Shown: positions 48,798-58,017 of the stretch, in pieces
Numbering within the stretch: position 1 is the first letter of the stretch
Layout: every line of letters starts with the position of its first letter
Assembly: GCA_005801425.1 (NCBI GenBank)
Contig: SYDY01000027.1
Span: 8,444 to 72,443 of the forward strand
Direction: 5' to 3'
DNA: 64,000 nucleotides
Origin: Bdellovibrionales bacterium
GTDB lineage: Bacteria; Myxococcota; XYA12-FULL-58-9; SYDY01
The notes under the pieces: generated by a model
The model's database searches: none
Told to the model about the DNA's origin: nothing
Seen by the model: the letters and a program-made list of their open reading frames with translations, nothing else
Position numbers and translations under genes: made by a program

Positions 48798-49922
48798 ATG
48801 CTTTTGATCTTTGGTCTCTTTATTGTACCACGTGCACTGCAACGATACCGGTTACCCAGTGCGATTACATGTCTAGGCTTCGGTGCGCTCTTGAGCATGG
48901 GATTTGGCCTTTTTGATGGCGACCCAACAATTAAATTTTTGGCAACACTGGGCATTGTTACCATGTTCCTCTTTGCAGGGCTCGAAGTGGATTTTCACGA
49001 ACTTCGAAAAGGAAAAAAAACACTCATTGAACATCTCATCATCCAATTTGTAATGCTCATCATTGGAACCGTAGTCATTCATCAAATTACTCTTCTTGAG
49101 AGACGTCCTTCATTGCTATTTGCCTTGGCACTTTTAACACCATCCACAGGCTTCATTCTCGATTCATTAAATGATTTCAAATTAAGCGACGAAGAAAAAT
49201 TTGGGGTAAAGTCAAAAGCTATCGCGACCGAACTGATGGCATTGGGTGTTTTATTCATTACAACTCAAAGCACAGCCATAACCACGTTGGCATTTTCAAC
49301 ACTTGTGCTTGTCTTATTGGTCGTTGTGATCCCTCATGTTTTTCATATCTTCGCATGTGTGATAGCCCCCTTTGCGCCAAAAACGGAGTTTTCATTTCTC
49401 ATTATCATGGCGCTGCTATGTGCATATATTACGCGAGAACTTGGCGTTTATTATCTCGTGGGTGCATTCATCGTTGGCCTCACAGCCGTACGACTTCAAC
49501 ATGAGCTTCCTGAATTAAGCTCGACAAGTCTCATGCAAAGCGTTGGATTGTTTTCCTCATTTTTTATCCCATTCTATTTTTTCAAATCAGGCCTTCATCT
49601 AAGAAGTGAATACTTTACCTGGAGCTCAATCAAAGTTGCTATTATCGCTTTTGTCTTTGTGACTCCCATTAAAATTGGATCAGTCGCTATTTATCGCCGC
49701 TACAGACTCCTCAACTCTTGGGGTACGGGACTGCGCATCGGAAGCGCAATGACACCAACACTCGTTTTTACAATTGTCATTGCAGACATACTGCAAGAAC
49801 GGTTTAATCTTTCACCTGAACTTTTCGGTGGTCTCATTTTGTTTGCCTTAAGCAACACGGTTCTATCCGGAGTGATGACACGATTCATCATATCGTATGA
49901 AAAGTCGATGGATTTGTATTAA
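48798..49922 (+). CDS. Cation:proton antiporter family membrane protein (CPA/KefB-like transporter domain)
   Basis: 374-aa polytopic membrane protein. Local GC (~43%) is clearly below the neighbouring genes. Confidence 0.65.
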   Translation: MLLIFGLFIVPRALQRYRLPSAITCLGFGALLSMGFGLFDGDPTIKFLATLGIVTMFLFAGLEVDFHELRKGKKTLIEHLIIQFVMLIIGTVVIHQITLLERRPSLLFALALLTPSTGFILDSLNDFKLSDEEKFGVKSKAIATELMALGVLFITTQSTAITTLAFSTLVLVLLVVVIPHVFHIFACVIAPFAPKTEFSFLIIMALLCAYITRELGVYYLVGAFIVGLTAVRLQHELPELSSTSLMQSVGLFSSFFIPFYFFKSGLHLRSEYFTWSSIKVAIIAFVFVTPIKIGSVAIYRRYRLLNSWGTGLRIGSAMTPTLVFTIVIADILQERFNLSPELFGGLILFALSNTVLSGVMTRFIISYEKSMDLY

Positions 49923-50102
49923 CGCCGAGGAACCACGCCGGGTATTGCAATGTGCATTTTCGCATATCAGCTTGTCACTTCAGCGGAGATTGACCGAAAG
50001 TCTTGCGGGAAGATTTGAGCTTTTGCGTGTGCCGCATATTCTTTTGGCGTTTGCGGGTGGTACTGTGCTCGGGTGAGATTTGTGCACAAATTTTATTACC
50101 GC

Positions 50103-50432
50103 TCACACTACATGTTTCTTAATCATCTCTTCAATCTTGGCTTGATTGGCGAGTCCTACCGATTGTTCCACCGGTTTTCCGTTGCTGAACAAAATCATGG
50201 TGGGAATGGCCTGCACGGAATATTTGCTCGGCGTGTTGGGGTTTTCGTCGATGTTCATTTTGGCGATGGTCGCTTGGCCTGAAAAATTCTCTGCAACTTT
50301 TTCAAGCACGGGTGCGAGCGCACGACATGGTCCACACCAAGCGGCCCAAAAATCCACCAAGACAGGATGCTTGGCATTGAGTACTTGGGTTTGAAACTCA
50401 TCATCGGTAACGTTGATAATATTCTGGCTCAT
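50103..50432 (-). CDS. trxA: Thioredoxin
   Basis: 109 aa with the WCGPC active site. Confidence 0.9.
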   Translation of the reverse strand: MSQNIINVTDDEFQTQVLNAKHPVLVDFWAAWCGPCRALAPVLEKVAENFSGQATIAKMNIDENPNTPSKYSVQAIPTMILFSNGKPVEQSVGLANQAKIEEMIKKHVV

Positions 50433-50480
50433 GATTGCGTATTCCTTTGGGTTGTTAAAGTTCGTACATTCTATGCGGTT

Positions 50481-51209
50481 TTAAGGTAAATCCGCAATCT
50501 TTGATGGTGTTAAATCCCAGGTCATTTGAGTGGTTCCAAGTGCGCTTGCGATGCGCATAACAAACTTGGTGGTATGGGGCTCTATGACCAATTTGTCTGT
50601 GGGGTCAATCAGAGGAAAGCGGACCAAATACGCTCGGTCAAAATCCCCGAGATAGCCATAAACGGCTTTTAAATTGGCATCGATTTTGACCCGTGAAATT
50701 TGGGCGGCCTGAACGGTAATATTCTGATCCGGATTGGTGAGCGTGATGCGCCAAATGGAGTCTGCGCGATCAAGGTCGTTCCATTTGAGATCGGGTGTAT
50801 AGGCTTTGAGTAAAAACGTATGGAACGTTTCGGCGTCGCTTGAAAGATCAACCAATTCGCGGCGTGTAACCTCGCCCCCATGACCGTAGATATCGGGGAA
50901 TTTTAAACCGAATGCACGCCTAAATTGCGGGGCATGAAATGTTGATGATGCAAACAATACATTGTCGAGAACATTGTAGAGTTTGGCATGTCGTGTCCAT
51001 TGGGCGAACGTACGATCGTAATCACGATCGTCAACTTCGCTGATAGAACCGAACAGTGTAGGCGGTGGGATAGGTTTGCATGCCGAAAGGAGCGCGAGCA
51101 AGATGAAGGCAAGGGCGGTTCGCGAACCGCCCCTACAAAAAAACAGTGTGGGGGTCGTTCGTGAACGACCCTTATTTAATAAAATCAGATTTCTTAAAGA
51201 GACTCGCAT
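50481..51209 (-). CDS. Hypothetical lipoprotein
   Basis: ORF 50481..51350 overlaps pyrE upstream. The first ATG at 51209 gives MRVSLRNLILLNKGRSRTTPTLFFCRGGSRTALAFILLALLSAC (lipobox LSAC). This N-terminus is encoded by repeat units 51113-51170. Start uncertain. Confidence 0.45.
   Translation of the reverse strand: MRVSLRNLILLNKGRSRTTPTLFFCRGGSRTALAFILLALLSACKPIPPPTLFGSISEVDDRDYDRTFAQWTRHAKLYNVLDNVLFASSTFHAPQFRRAFGLKFPDIYGHGGEVTRRELVDLSSDAETFHTFLLKAYTPDLKWNDLDRADSIWRITLTNPDQNITVQAAQISRVKIDANLKAVYGYLGDFDRAYLVRFPLIDPTDKLVIEPHTTKFVMRIASALGTTQMTWDLTPSKIADLP
51113..51170. repeat. Two adjacent REP-like units (GGGCGGTTCGCGAACCGCCCCTAC, a short A-rich spacer, then GTGGGGGTCGTTCGTGAACGACCC)
   Basis: The units are arranged opposite to the composite elements elsewhere (inverted unit first). 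Located at the pyrE 3' end and the lipoprotein 5' end. Confidence 0.8.
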
Positions 51210-51750
51210 AGGGGAGACCCGTCGCACGAATGTTGTTGGCACCGTTGTCCTCTTCCCTGTCCACCAAAGCAAGTACTGCAATGGGCAGCAAGCCTTCCTC
51301 ACGCACGCGTTCGATAGCCCGCAAGGTGGAACCGCCGGTGGTGACCACATCTTCGATCACCAGGACTGGATCGCCAATTTTTAGCGCTTTTAGACCTTCG
51401 ATCCAGCGACCAGTTCCATGGCCTTTGGGCTCTTTGCGCACGATAAATGCGTGGGCTGGGGCGCCCTTTTGTTGGCTGATCACGGCTGCGGCCGCAGCCA
51501 TGGGATCGGCGCCGAGCGTAATGCCGCCAACGCCTACGATGGTTGCGCCTTCATGACGCAGTGTTTGAATGTGTTCAAAAATCAATTCACCGATCAGCAG
51601 ACATCCTTCGGCTTGAAGTGCCGTTTGTTTGCAATCGACATAAAAATCGCTGGTTTTGCCAGATGCCAAGGTAAAAGTTCCGGTACGCACCGAATATTCT
51701 TGGAGCAATTGGCGGAGTCTGTTGATTTTATCGGTATTGAAATTTGTCAT
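51172..51750 (-). CDS. pyrE: Orotate phosphoribosyltransferase
   Basis: 192 aa with the PRPP-binding motif (VLVIEDVVTTGGS). Confidence 0.9.
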   Translation of the reverse strand: MTNFNTDKINRLRQLLQEYSVRTGTFTLASGKTSDFYVDCKQTALQAEGCLLIGELIFEHIQTLRHEGATIVGVGGITLGADPMAAAAAVISQQKGAPAHAFIVRKEPKGHGTGRWIEGLKALKIGDPVLVIEDVVTTGGSTLRAIERVREEGLLPIAVLALVDREEDNGANNIRATGLPYASLFKKSDFIK

Positions 51751-51774
51751 GGACGGACACTGTAGCGGAGTTAT

Positions 51775-52353
51775 TTAACCGCGTCGACGTCGGCCGACCG
51801 CTTTTTTTGTGGGTTCGGCGACAGCAGCTGCAGCGGCCGTCGCTTTGGCCTTGGCGGCGTCTTTGATGTTTACAGGCGTACGTTTCACCACTGTTTCCAC
51901 GGGTGTTGGGCGTCGTTCAGGCAATCGACTGCCAAGACGTGGCAACGCGGCTCTGGCCAATGCGGTGGTTGAAGCATCCAGTGTTTCAACTTTTTTGTGG
52001 GAGGGGATACTTACATGGGCCACTTTGGCATCGCTCATGTCTATTTCGCCGCGCACGCGTGCACCTGGCTGGATGACGAGGCGTTCCGTTTTGATATTGC
52101 CAACAACGCGGCCCGTAGAGCCGATTTCGACCCGTTCGGCCGATTCAATATTGCCGACCAAGATCCCATGGACCACAATTTCGGATGCATCGATATCGGC
52201 TTTTACGATGCCATGTTCCTCAATGGTCACGGTTCCGCCGACTTGGATGGCTCCCTCAACACGGCCCCGAATAATGAGATCATCATCCTCGCCGACAATA
52301 TTGCCTGTGATGATGATAGATGCACCAATGACAGTGGTTTGTGCGTCAGACAT
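51775..52353 (-). CDS. Bactofilin (DUF583) family cytoskeletal protein with a basic Ala/Pro-rich C-terminal tail
   Basis: Beta-helical repeats I.G.V.G... (IITGNIVGEDDDLIIRGRVEGAIQVGGTVTI…). Confidence 0.7.
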   Translation of the reverse strand: MSDAQTTVIGASIIITGNIVGEDDDLIIRGRVEGAIQVGGTVTIEEHGIVKADIDASEIVVHGILVGNIESAERVEIGSTGRVVGNIKTERLVIQPGARVRGEIDMSDAKVAHVSIPSHKKVETLDASTTALARAALPRLGSRLPERRPTPVETVVKRTPVNIKDAAKAKATAAAAAVAEPTKKAVGRRRRG

Positions 52354-52364
52354 GGTTCGTGTCC

Positions 52365-52694
52365 TTAGTTAGAGCCCATTTCAACGTTGCCTGCGAAATA
52401 TGCACCGTCGGCGATTAAGATCCGTTTTGCTTTGGCATTGCCGATCATCCGGCACGTGCTTTCCATCTGGATACGATCGACCGCGATGATATTTCCGGTG
52501 ACCTGCCCCGCGACATGGACCTCGGGCGCTTCAATGGTGGCATCGACTTGGCCACTTTCGGCGATATCGATACGGCCCGCCATGGCTATTTTGCCTTTAA
52601 CGCGTCCTTCGACCACAATGCCGGCGCTGCCGACGATCTCGCCTTCAATCACAATATGTTCCGCAATAATTGTATCGTTTTCGGTGTGATGCAT
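52365..52694 (-). CDS. Bactofilin family protein
   Basis: ORF 52365..52769. The ATG at 52694 (MHHTENDTIIAEHIVIEGEIVG…) has AGGAGA 6 nt upstream. Confidence 0.7.
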   Translation of the reverse strand: MHHTENDTIIAEHIVIEGEIVGSAGIVVEGRVKGKIAMAGRIDIAESGQVDATIEAPEVHVAGQVTGNIIAVDRIQMESTCRMIGNAKAKRILIADGAYFAGNVEMGSN

Positions 52695-52707
52695 GTGTTC
52701 TCCTGGT

Positions 52708-53049
52708 TCATAGGCCTTCAGGCAGTTCGACATCCATGAGAAGTCGTCCCGAAAAGAGGGCGCCGTCACGGATCTCTATTTCTTGGGCAGTGATATCGCC
52801 GCGTACGGAAGCACCGGCAGCGATGGTGAGCAAATCGATGATATCCAGCGTGCCTTCAACATCGCCACCGTTGACGGTGAGGTCTTGGGCTTTGATATCG
52901 GCACCCACACGGCCTGCATCGATCACAACGCTACCGTCGGTGAGATTGATCTCACCGTCGATCTGTCCTCCGCGAACCTCAAGCGTTCCGCTTCCCGATA
53001 CACGACCTCGAATGTGGACTTGTTCCCCGATGACACAAGGGTTCGACAT
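52708..53049 (-). CDS. Bactofilin family protein
   Basis: ORF 52708..53067. The probable start is MSNPCVIGEQVHIRGRVSG. Bactofilin-type repeats. Confidence 0.65.
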   Translation of the reverse strand: MSNPCVIGEQVHIRGRVSGSGTLEVRGGQIDGEINLTDGSVVIDAGRVGADIKAQDLTVNGGDVEGTLDIIDLLTIAAGASVRGDITAQEIEIRDGALFSGRLLMDVELPEGL

Positions 53050-53138
53050 GGCGCTAGACTCCTGCATATGTATTCAAACAGTGGTTAATCGACCACCTAC
53101 ATGGAGTCAAGTTTGTCGGAAGAGGTGGTGGGGGTTAC

Positions 53139-54032
53139 TTAGGGGGCGATTGCTTTTAGCTCTGAGAGCAACCGATCATCAATCTGATTAATTTGAGCGA
53201 CACGCGCATCTCTTAAAAGCTCTAGTTTGAAATGCAGCCTAGAGTCTGCAGCCCATGATTTTGCAATATCGATAAGAAGTCCTCGATGTTCAGCCGAGTC
53301 TTTGGCATTGCTCTTTTTTGAGATCGCAAGATCAAGTGTTTGATCAAACATGTCTCTCAGTTTTTCAAATTTTGTGGCTGGGTCCGTAGGAGGCGCCACA
53401 GGTTCTGCTTGCTGGATCCATGAAGCGGGGACTTCGTTTCCACGGGGTTGTGTTTTCGATGGAACGGGTGCCTCTTGCGATTTTTCGTGATGCGTTGTGA
53501 ATCCCGCTTCTAATTCTGCTTCCTGCGCTTTGACCCAACCGCTCAGCGCATCGCGCTGGCTTGTATGATAAGAAAGCAGCGATCGGACATCCGCGGGCCT
53601 GTAGAGCCCTGCCATGTTGACAAGTTCTTTTTTCCCGAAGAATCCGTCTTTGACGAACCTTTGCTGTCCGCCTTCGCCGAGTGCAGCCGATAAAAGCGTG
53701 ATCGCATTTTGATGTGCATCTAAGATCTTGGCGGCATAGTAGTAGTCGCCTTTGCGCGCATCTTCATCGGCTTTCGATTGTTTTTTTTCTTTGCTCCCAA
53801 TTCTCGCAACGACCTCTTTGTAGTCCTTTTCGAGCTGCTTTCCTGCTGTTTGAACAATGGGGATCGTCCAATTGGGATGGGTTGTATGGAAATGGTCGAG
53901 AGAAAAATCAGGAGGCATTGGCTGGCTGCCTTGTGCAGAGCTGCCCTGGGGCTGGCCCTCCATGTATATTTGCTGGGCTGTGCGCGGTGGAGCAGATGAG
54001 GTGTCTGTTACTTTGGGAAACTGTGAAGCCAT
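53139..54032 (-). CDS. Hypothetical protein (Pro/Gln-rich N-terminus), immediately upstream of the bactofilin genes
   Basis: 297-aa ORF on the same strand, with a small gap to the bactofilin cluster. No recognised domain. Confidence 0.4.
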   Translation of the reverse strand: MASQFPKVTDTSSAPPRTAQQIYMEGQPQGSSAQGSQPMPPDFSLDHFHTTHPNWTIPIVQTAGKQLEKDYKEVVARIGSKEKKQSKADEDARKGDYYYAAKILDAHQNAITLLSAALGEGGQQRFVKDGFFGKKELVNMAGLYRPADVRSLLSYHTSQRDALSGWVKAQEAELEAGFTTHHEKSQEAPVPSKTQPRGNEVPASWIQQAEPVAPPTDPATKFEKLRDMFDQTLDLAISKKSNAKDSAEHRGLLIDIAKSWAADSRLHFKLELLRDARVAQINQIDDRLLSELKAIAP

Positions 54033-54098
54033 AAGATGCAGCCTCTGTTGTGGTTATCTTATGAGTGTAACCCAGCTTTCTATTTTTTCATGTGTTTT

Positions 54099-55379
54099 TT
54101 AAGTTTCAAGCGCTTTAGCAAACGCTTGAATGGCTTCATCCAAAATCGCATCGATATGGGCGTTGGACACAAATCCCACTTCAAAGGCGCTTGGGGCGAT
54201 CATCACACCATGCTTGAGCAATCCTAAAAACAGTGGAGTGAAAGCATGGGCATCGGCTTGTTTGATTTCTGTGTAATTGGCAGGTGCGTGGGTCGCATTG
54301 TTTTTAGGCCAAAGGTGAAAAATTGACGCGCATTGGGAGATCCACCAGGTGCGGCCATGTTGGGCAAGGACAGCACGAAGTTTGTTGCAGAAACGTGCAG
54401 TGCGGGCTTCAAGCGTGGGATAAAAATCTGGGGTTTCGAGTGTTTCCAACATGGCGAGTCCTGCAGCCATGGCCAATGAATTTCCCGACAACGTTCCAGC
54501 TTGGTACACAGGGCCGATGGGCGCGATCATGTTCATGATGTCGCGACGTCCACCATAAGCTCCTACAGGCAGTCCACCTCCGATGATTTTTCCGAAGGTG
54601 GTGAGATCTGGTCGAACATCAAACATGGCTTGTGCACCACCGAGTCCCACGCGAAAGCCTGTGATCACTTCGTCAAACACAAGAAGCGCGCCGTGTTGAT
54701 CGCATAGTTTCCGCAGGGTTTGTAAAAAGCCATCGGCGGGCAAAACCATACCCATATTGCATGCGATGGGTTCAACGAATACTGCCGCGATATTGGCGCC
54801 ATGGACGCGCATGACATCGGTAAATGCTTCTATGTTATTATATGGGACGGTGATGGTATCGCGGGCGACCCCTTCAGGCACCCCTGCGCAACCAGGAATA
54901 CCCAGTGTGGCCACGCCGGATCCTGCTTCCGACAAAAACGCGTCGCCGTGGCCATGATAACAGCCTGCAAACTTCACCATCAGTGTGCGACCCGTAAATC
55001 CACGTGCGACGCGCAAAGCACTCATGGTGGCTTCTGTGCCCGAATTGACGAATCTCATCATTTCAACGGAGGGAACATGGCTTGAAACTTTTTCAGCCAT
55101 GCGCACTTCGAGTTCGGTGGCGGCACCAAAGCAGGTGCCCTGTGCTGCTGTTTCAGCAATGACGCGCGTAATATTCTCGGGACTGTGCCCTAAAATATGA
55201 GGGCCGTAAGAACACACAAAATCGATATAGCGTCGGCCTTGGCGATCAAGCACGTAAGCGCCGTGCCCACTTTGGATAAACACCGGATCGCCACCTACGG
55301 ATCCATAGGCGCGCACCGGCGAATTAACACCGCCAGGCAAAAGATTTTGGGCTTGTAAAAAGAGATCTCGGTCAGACAT
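54099..55379 (-). CDS. hemL: Glutamate-1-semialdehyde 2,1-aminomutase
   Basis: PLP aminotransferase class III. The start is probably MSDRDLFLQAQNLLPGGVNSPVRA. Confidence 0.9.
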   Translation of the reverse strand: MSDRDLFLQAQNLLPGGVNSPVRAYGSVGGDPVFIQSGHGAYVLDRQGRRYIDFVCSYGPHILGHSPENITRVIAETAAQGTCFGAATELEVRMAEKVSSHVPSVEMMRFVNSGTEATMSALRVARGFTGRTLMVKFAGCYHGHGDAFLSEAGSGVATLGIPGCAGVPEGVARDTITVPYNNIEAFTDVMRVHGANIAAVFVEPIACNMGMVLPADGFLQTLRKLCDQHGALLVFDEVITGFRVGLGGAQAMFDVRPDLTTFGKIIGGGLPVGAYGGRRDIMNMIAPIGPVYQAGTLSGNSLAMAAGLAMLETLETPDFYPTLEARTARFCNKLRAVLAQHGRTWWISQCASIFHLWPKNNATHAPANYTEIKQADAHAFTPLFLGLLKHGVMIAPSAFEVGFVSNAHIDAILDEAIQAFAKALET

Positions 55380-55411
55380 GGATGTATTTTGCATTGTACA
55401 ACCTTGCTCAA

Positions 55412-55435
55412 GGGCGGTTCGCGAACCGCCCCTAC
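55412..55435. repeat. Single REP-like unit (GGGCGGTTCGCGAACCGCCCCTAC), followed by a GC-rich hairpin
   Basis: Exact family unit upstream of hemL. The adjacent sequence CGCCCCCGCCTTCGCGAGGG resembles the CCCCGCCTTCGCGGGG hairpin at 9084-9100. Confidence 0.8.
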
Positions 55436-55498
55436 AAAAAAGGGAGGTCGTCGCCCCCGCCTTCGCGAGGGCAGGCTGTGCGACGGGTGGGGGTACAT

Positions 55499-56056
55499 TT
55501 ATCCGCGTTTGTTTTTTGCGATCTGGCTTTGCAGACCTTCGACGTAGGTACGTGTCACCGGTTCTTGGGTGCGCGTTAAAACATCTTTAAGGCGCTCTTC
55601 AAGAAGAATGGTGGGGACCACGCGTCCTTGCATCAGAAGCGATGAGATCTGGCCGATGGCCTCGCGTATCACGGGTTCAGACGAGTGACGTAAAAGCTTG
55701 TAGAGAACATCAAGATCATCGGGGATCTGATGATGTTCTAAAAACGTATTGGCCGCTTCGATAATTTCGCTGTCTTCACGGGCGATGCGCAATCGTTCAA
55801 GCCGCAAGCGATATTTGGAAGGTGTACGTCCCGATTTACGTGGATTGGCAAACACCTGTCGCTCAGGCGCGTTGCTGCTGCGACTCACCTCGGTGGTAGG
55901 CGTTCCGCCAAACATGGCTTCCAGTTTGCGACGTGCTTCTGCACTTGAATCTTCGCGCTGGGTGACCGTGTGGGTTTTCGATCCGCTCCATGGGCTACGT
56001 GATGCCATGTGCGGGTGGTCTTTATGGTTACTGTTCAAAACTACATCTCCACTCAA
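55499..56056 (-). CDS. Hypothetical protein
   Basis: 185-aa ORF whose stop overlaps the trmB start region. No recognised domain. Confidence 0.4.
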   Translation of the reverse strand: MSGDVVLNSNHKDHPHMASRSPWSGSKTHTVTQREDSSAEARRKLEAMFGGTPTTEVSRSSNAPERQVFANPRKSGRTPSKYRLRLERLRIAREDSEIIEAANTFLEHHQIPDDLDVLYKLLRHSSEPVIREAIGQISSLLMQGRVVPTILLEERLKDVLTRTQEPVTRTYVEGLQSQIAKNKRG

Positions 56057-56754
56057 TTGAATACATTATGGAAGGTGGGTTGCTCTGGCAAGAGGGTTTC
56101 GCATTGCGGTTCCATCTTTTGCGCAACCACACGATAGCGCATGCGGCAAATAGCATCGCCGCGTGCAACATGGGTTCGTTCTCGTTCGGTTAAGATCCCC
56201 GTGGTACTTTCTGGTGCAAAGTTTCCGGCACCATCGATGTTTTCAAATCCAGCGAAGTTGTCAAGAACATCGCGCATTTCATGACCGATGGGTTGATAGT
56301 CGGTCATGGCATGCACTTGGGCATCGGCACGTAATTTGGAAAGCAGGGGTTCAAGAAACTCGGGGCGGATCACGCGTCGTTTGTGATGCCGCTTTTTGAA
56401 CCATGGATCGGGGAAATTAACACTGACAAAGATGAGGCTGTCAGCAGGAAACAGTTCAGCAAGGTGCAAATTGGCGTTTGCGAGCATACCATGCACGTTG
56501 CTGATGTTTTCAGCCTGTGCCCGCTGGTTGAGATGGTCAACATATTGCTGCCGGATTTCAAGGCCAACCACGTTCCACTCAGGATGTTCTTGGCCCAATG
56601 CCATAGGGAAATCGCCACAGCCGAAGCCTATATCGAGGGCGAAAGGTGCTGCGCGTGGGAATATGTCGGCCCAGACGACAGGTTCATCGGGGCCACGGAT
56701 CGAAAATGGGTTTGCGTGCATCCGAAGGCGGTGTCGGCCTAAAATGATCATCAT
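56053..56754 (-). CDS. trmB: tRNA (guanine-N7)-methyltransferase
   Basis: SAM-MTase motifs (LDIGFGCGDF; FPDPWFKKRHHKRR). The start overlaps the epmA stop (ATGA). Confidence 0.8.
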   Translation of the reverse strand: MMIILGRHRLRMHANPFSIRGPDEPVVWADIFPRAAPFALDIGFGCGDFPMALGQEHPEWNVVGLEIRQQYVDHLNQRAQAENISNVHGMLANANLHLAELFPADSLIFVSVNFPDPWFKKRHHKRRVIRPEFLEPLLSKLRADAQVHAMTDYQPIGHEMRDVLDNFAGFENIDGAGNFAPESTTGILTERERTHVARGDAICRMRYRVVAQKMEPQCETLLPEQPTFHNVFN

Positions 56755-57749
56755 TGCATCCAGGGGAGAGTCGTCACGTCGTCAATGTTTGAGGCACCAC
56801 CCAGCGCCATCAAGAGACGATCGAAGCCAAGGGCCATTCCGGCCGCTTCTCCCATCTCCTCTAACGCAAGGAGGAAGTGCTCGTCCAGGGGATACGTTCG
56901 CATACCTTGCACTTCACGTGCTTGAAGGTCGATTTCGAAGCGTTGCCGTTGTTCCTGGCTATCTGAAAGCTCACCAAAGCCGTTGGCCAGCTCCATGCCG
57001 TTGCAGTAGAGCTCCATGCGCTCAGCCGTACCCGGTGTACTTGGGGAGAGGCGTGCGAGGCTTGCAAGCGGGGCGGGGTAATGGGTCAGAAACAGGGGTT
57101 CGGGGGATGCCAAAAGCTGGGGCTCAACCCGCGTGAGAAACACCCGATGAAAGAGGTCGTTCCAGCTATCATCGGCCTGGGTGTGAATGCCCAAGGCATG
57201 CACCTGGGTGCGCAAGCTGTCATCGGTTAAATGATCAAGAATTGAAAAGCCGGCATGGGTGCGAAATGCGGTATCGACGTCGATGCGTCGAAAATGTGTG
57301 GGAAGTTTGTGTTGCGTGCCGTTGTGCACGAATACCGATTTACCGAAAAGTGCATGGGCCACGCGGTGAAGCAATGCTTCGCAATCCTCAAAAAGAACAT
57401 CCCACGTTTCATTTTGGCGATACCATTCGAGCATGCAAAATTCGGGACGATGCTGAGGACTTACGTCACCATCTCTAAAAGCAGATCCTATTTGGTAAAT
57501 GCGCGGCATACCCGCTGCCACCACACGCTTCATGGCAAGTTCAGGCGAAGGCCTTAAAAAATAATCCAAAGCCGATCCATCAACGTTTTTAAAACATACG
57601 GATGGCGCTTCAATCGTCGGTTCGGGTGCGGGTGCACGGATAGCAATGGGCGTATCCACTTCGACAAAGCCTTGTTCGTCAAAATAGGATCGTATGGCGT
57701 TTCGTGCTTTTGCGCGCACATGGATACGGTTAAATGGACTGTGATTCAT
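56751..57749 (-). CDS. epmA: Elongation factor P--(R)-beta-lysine ligase (PoxA/GenX, truncated LysRS paralog)
   Basis: Class II aaRS catalytic core without an anticodon-binding domain. ~330 aa with LysRS-like motifs (…ELANGFGEL…, …GFDRLLM…). Confidence 0.8.
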   Translation of the reverse strand: MNHSPFNRIHVRAKARNAIRSYFDEQGFVEVDTPIAIRAPAPEPTIEAPSVCFKNVDGSALDYFLRPSPELAMKRVVAAGMPRIYQIGSAFRDGDVSPQHRPEFCMLEWYRQNETWDVLFEDCEALLHRVAHALFGKSVFVHNGTQHKLPTHFRRIDVDTAFRTHAGFSILDHLTDDSLRTQVHALGIHTQADDSWNDLFHRVFLTRVEPQLLASPEPLFLTHYPAPLASLARLSPSTPGTAERMELYCNGMELANGFGELSDSQEQRQRFEIDLQAREVQGMRTYPLDEHFLLALEEMGEAAGMALGFDRLLMALGGASNIDDVTTLPWMQ

Positions 57750-57924
57750 GGGTGTCTCATTAATCTTGATATCTTCTTGATATGATTTCGATGCAGCTTA
57801 AGATGATGCTGACCTCTTTTATGCTAAAAGGTGTCAGTATGGATTCTGTTTCCGTTCTTATCCTCATTAGCTTTTCTCTTCTTTCCTGGGGATTTATTCG
57901 CCTCTGCGAAAAGGTGTAGCCACC

Positions 57925-58017
57925 ATGGATATGCTCTCTCTGATCGGCGGCATTTTAGCCGTTCTTTTGCTGGGTTACCTCGGCTTCGCACTTCTTTTTC
58001 CGGAAAAACTGTCATGA
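57925..58017 (+). CDS. kdpF: K+-transporting ATPase subunit F
   Basis: 30-aa single-TM peptide [30 protein letters not shown]. Its stop overlaps the kdpA ATG (ATGA). Confidence 0.6.
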   Translation: MDMLSLIGGILAVLLLGYLGFALLFPEKLS

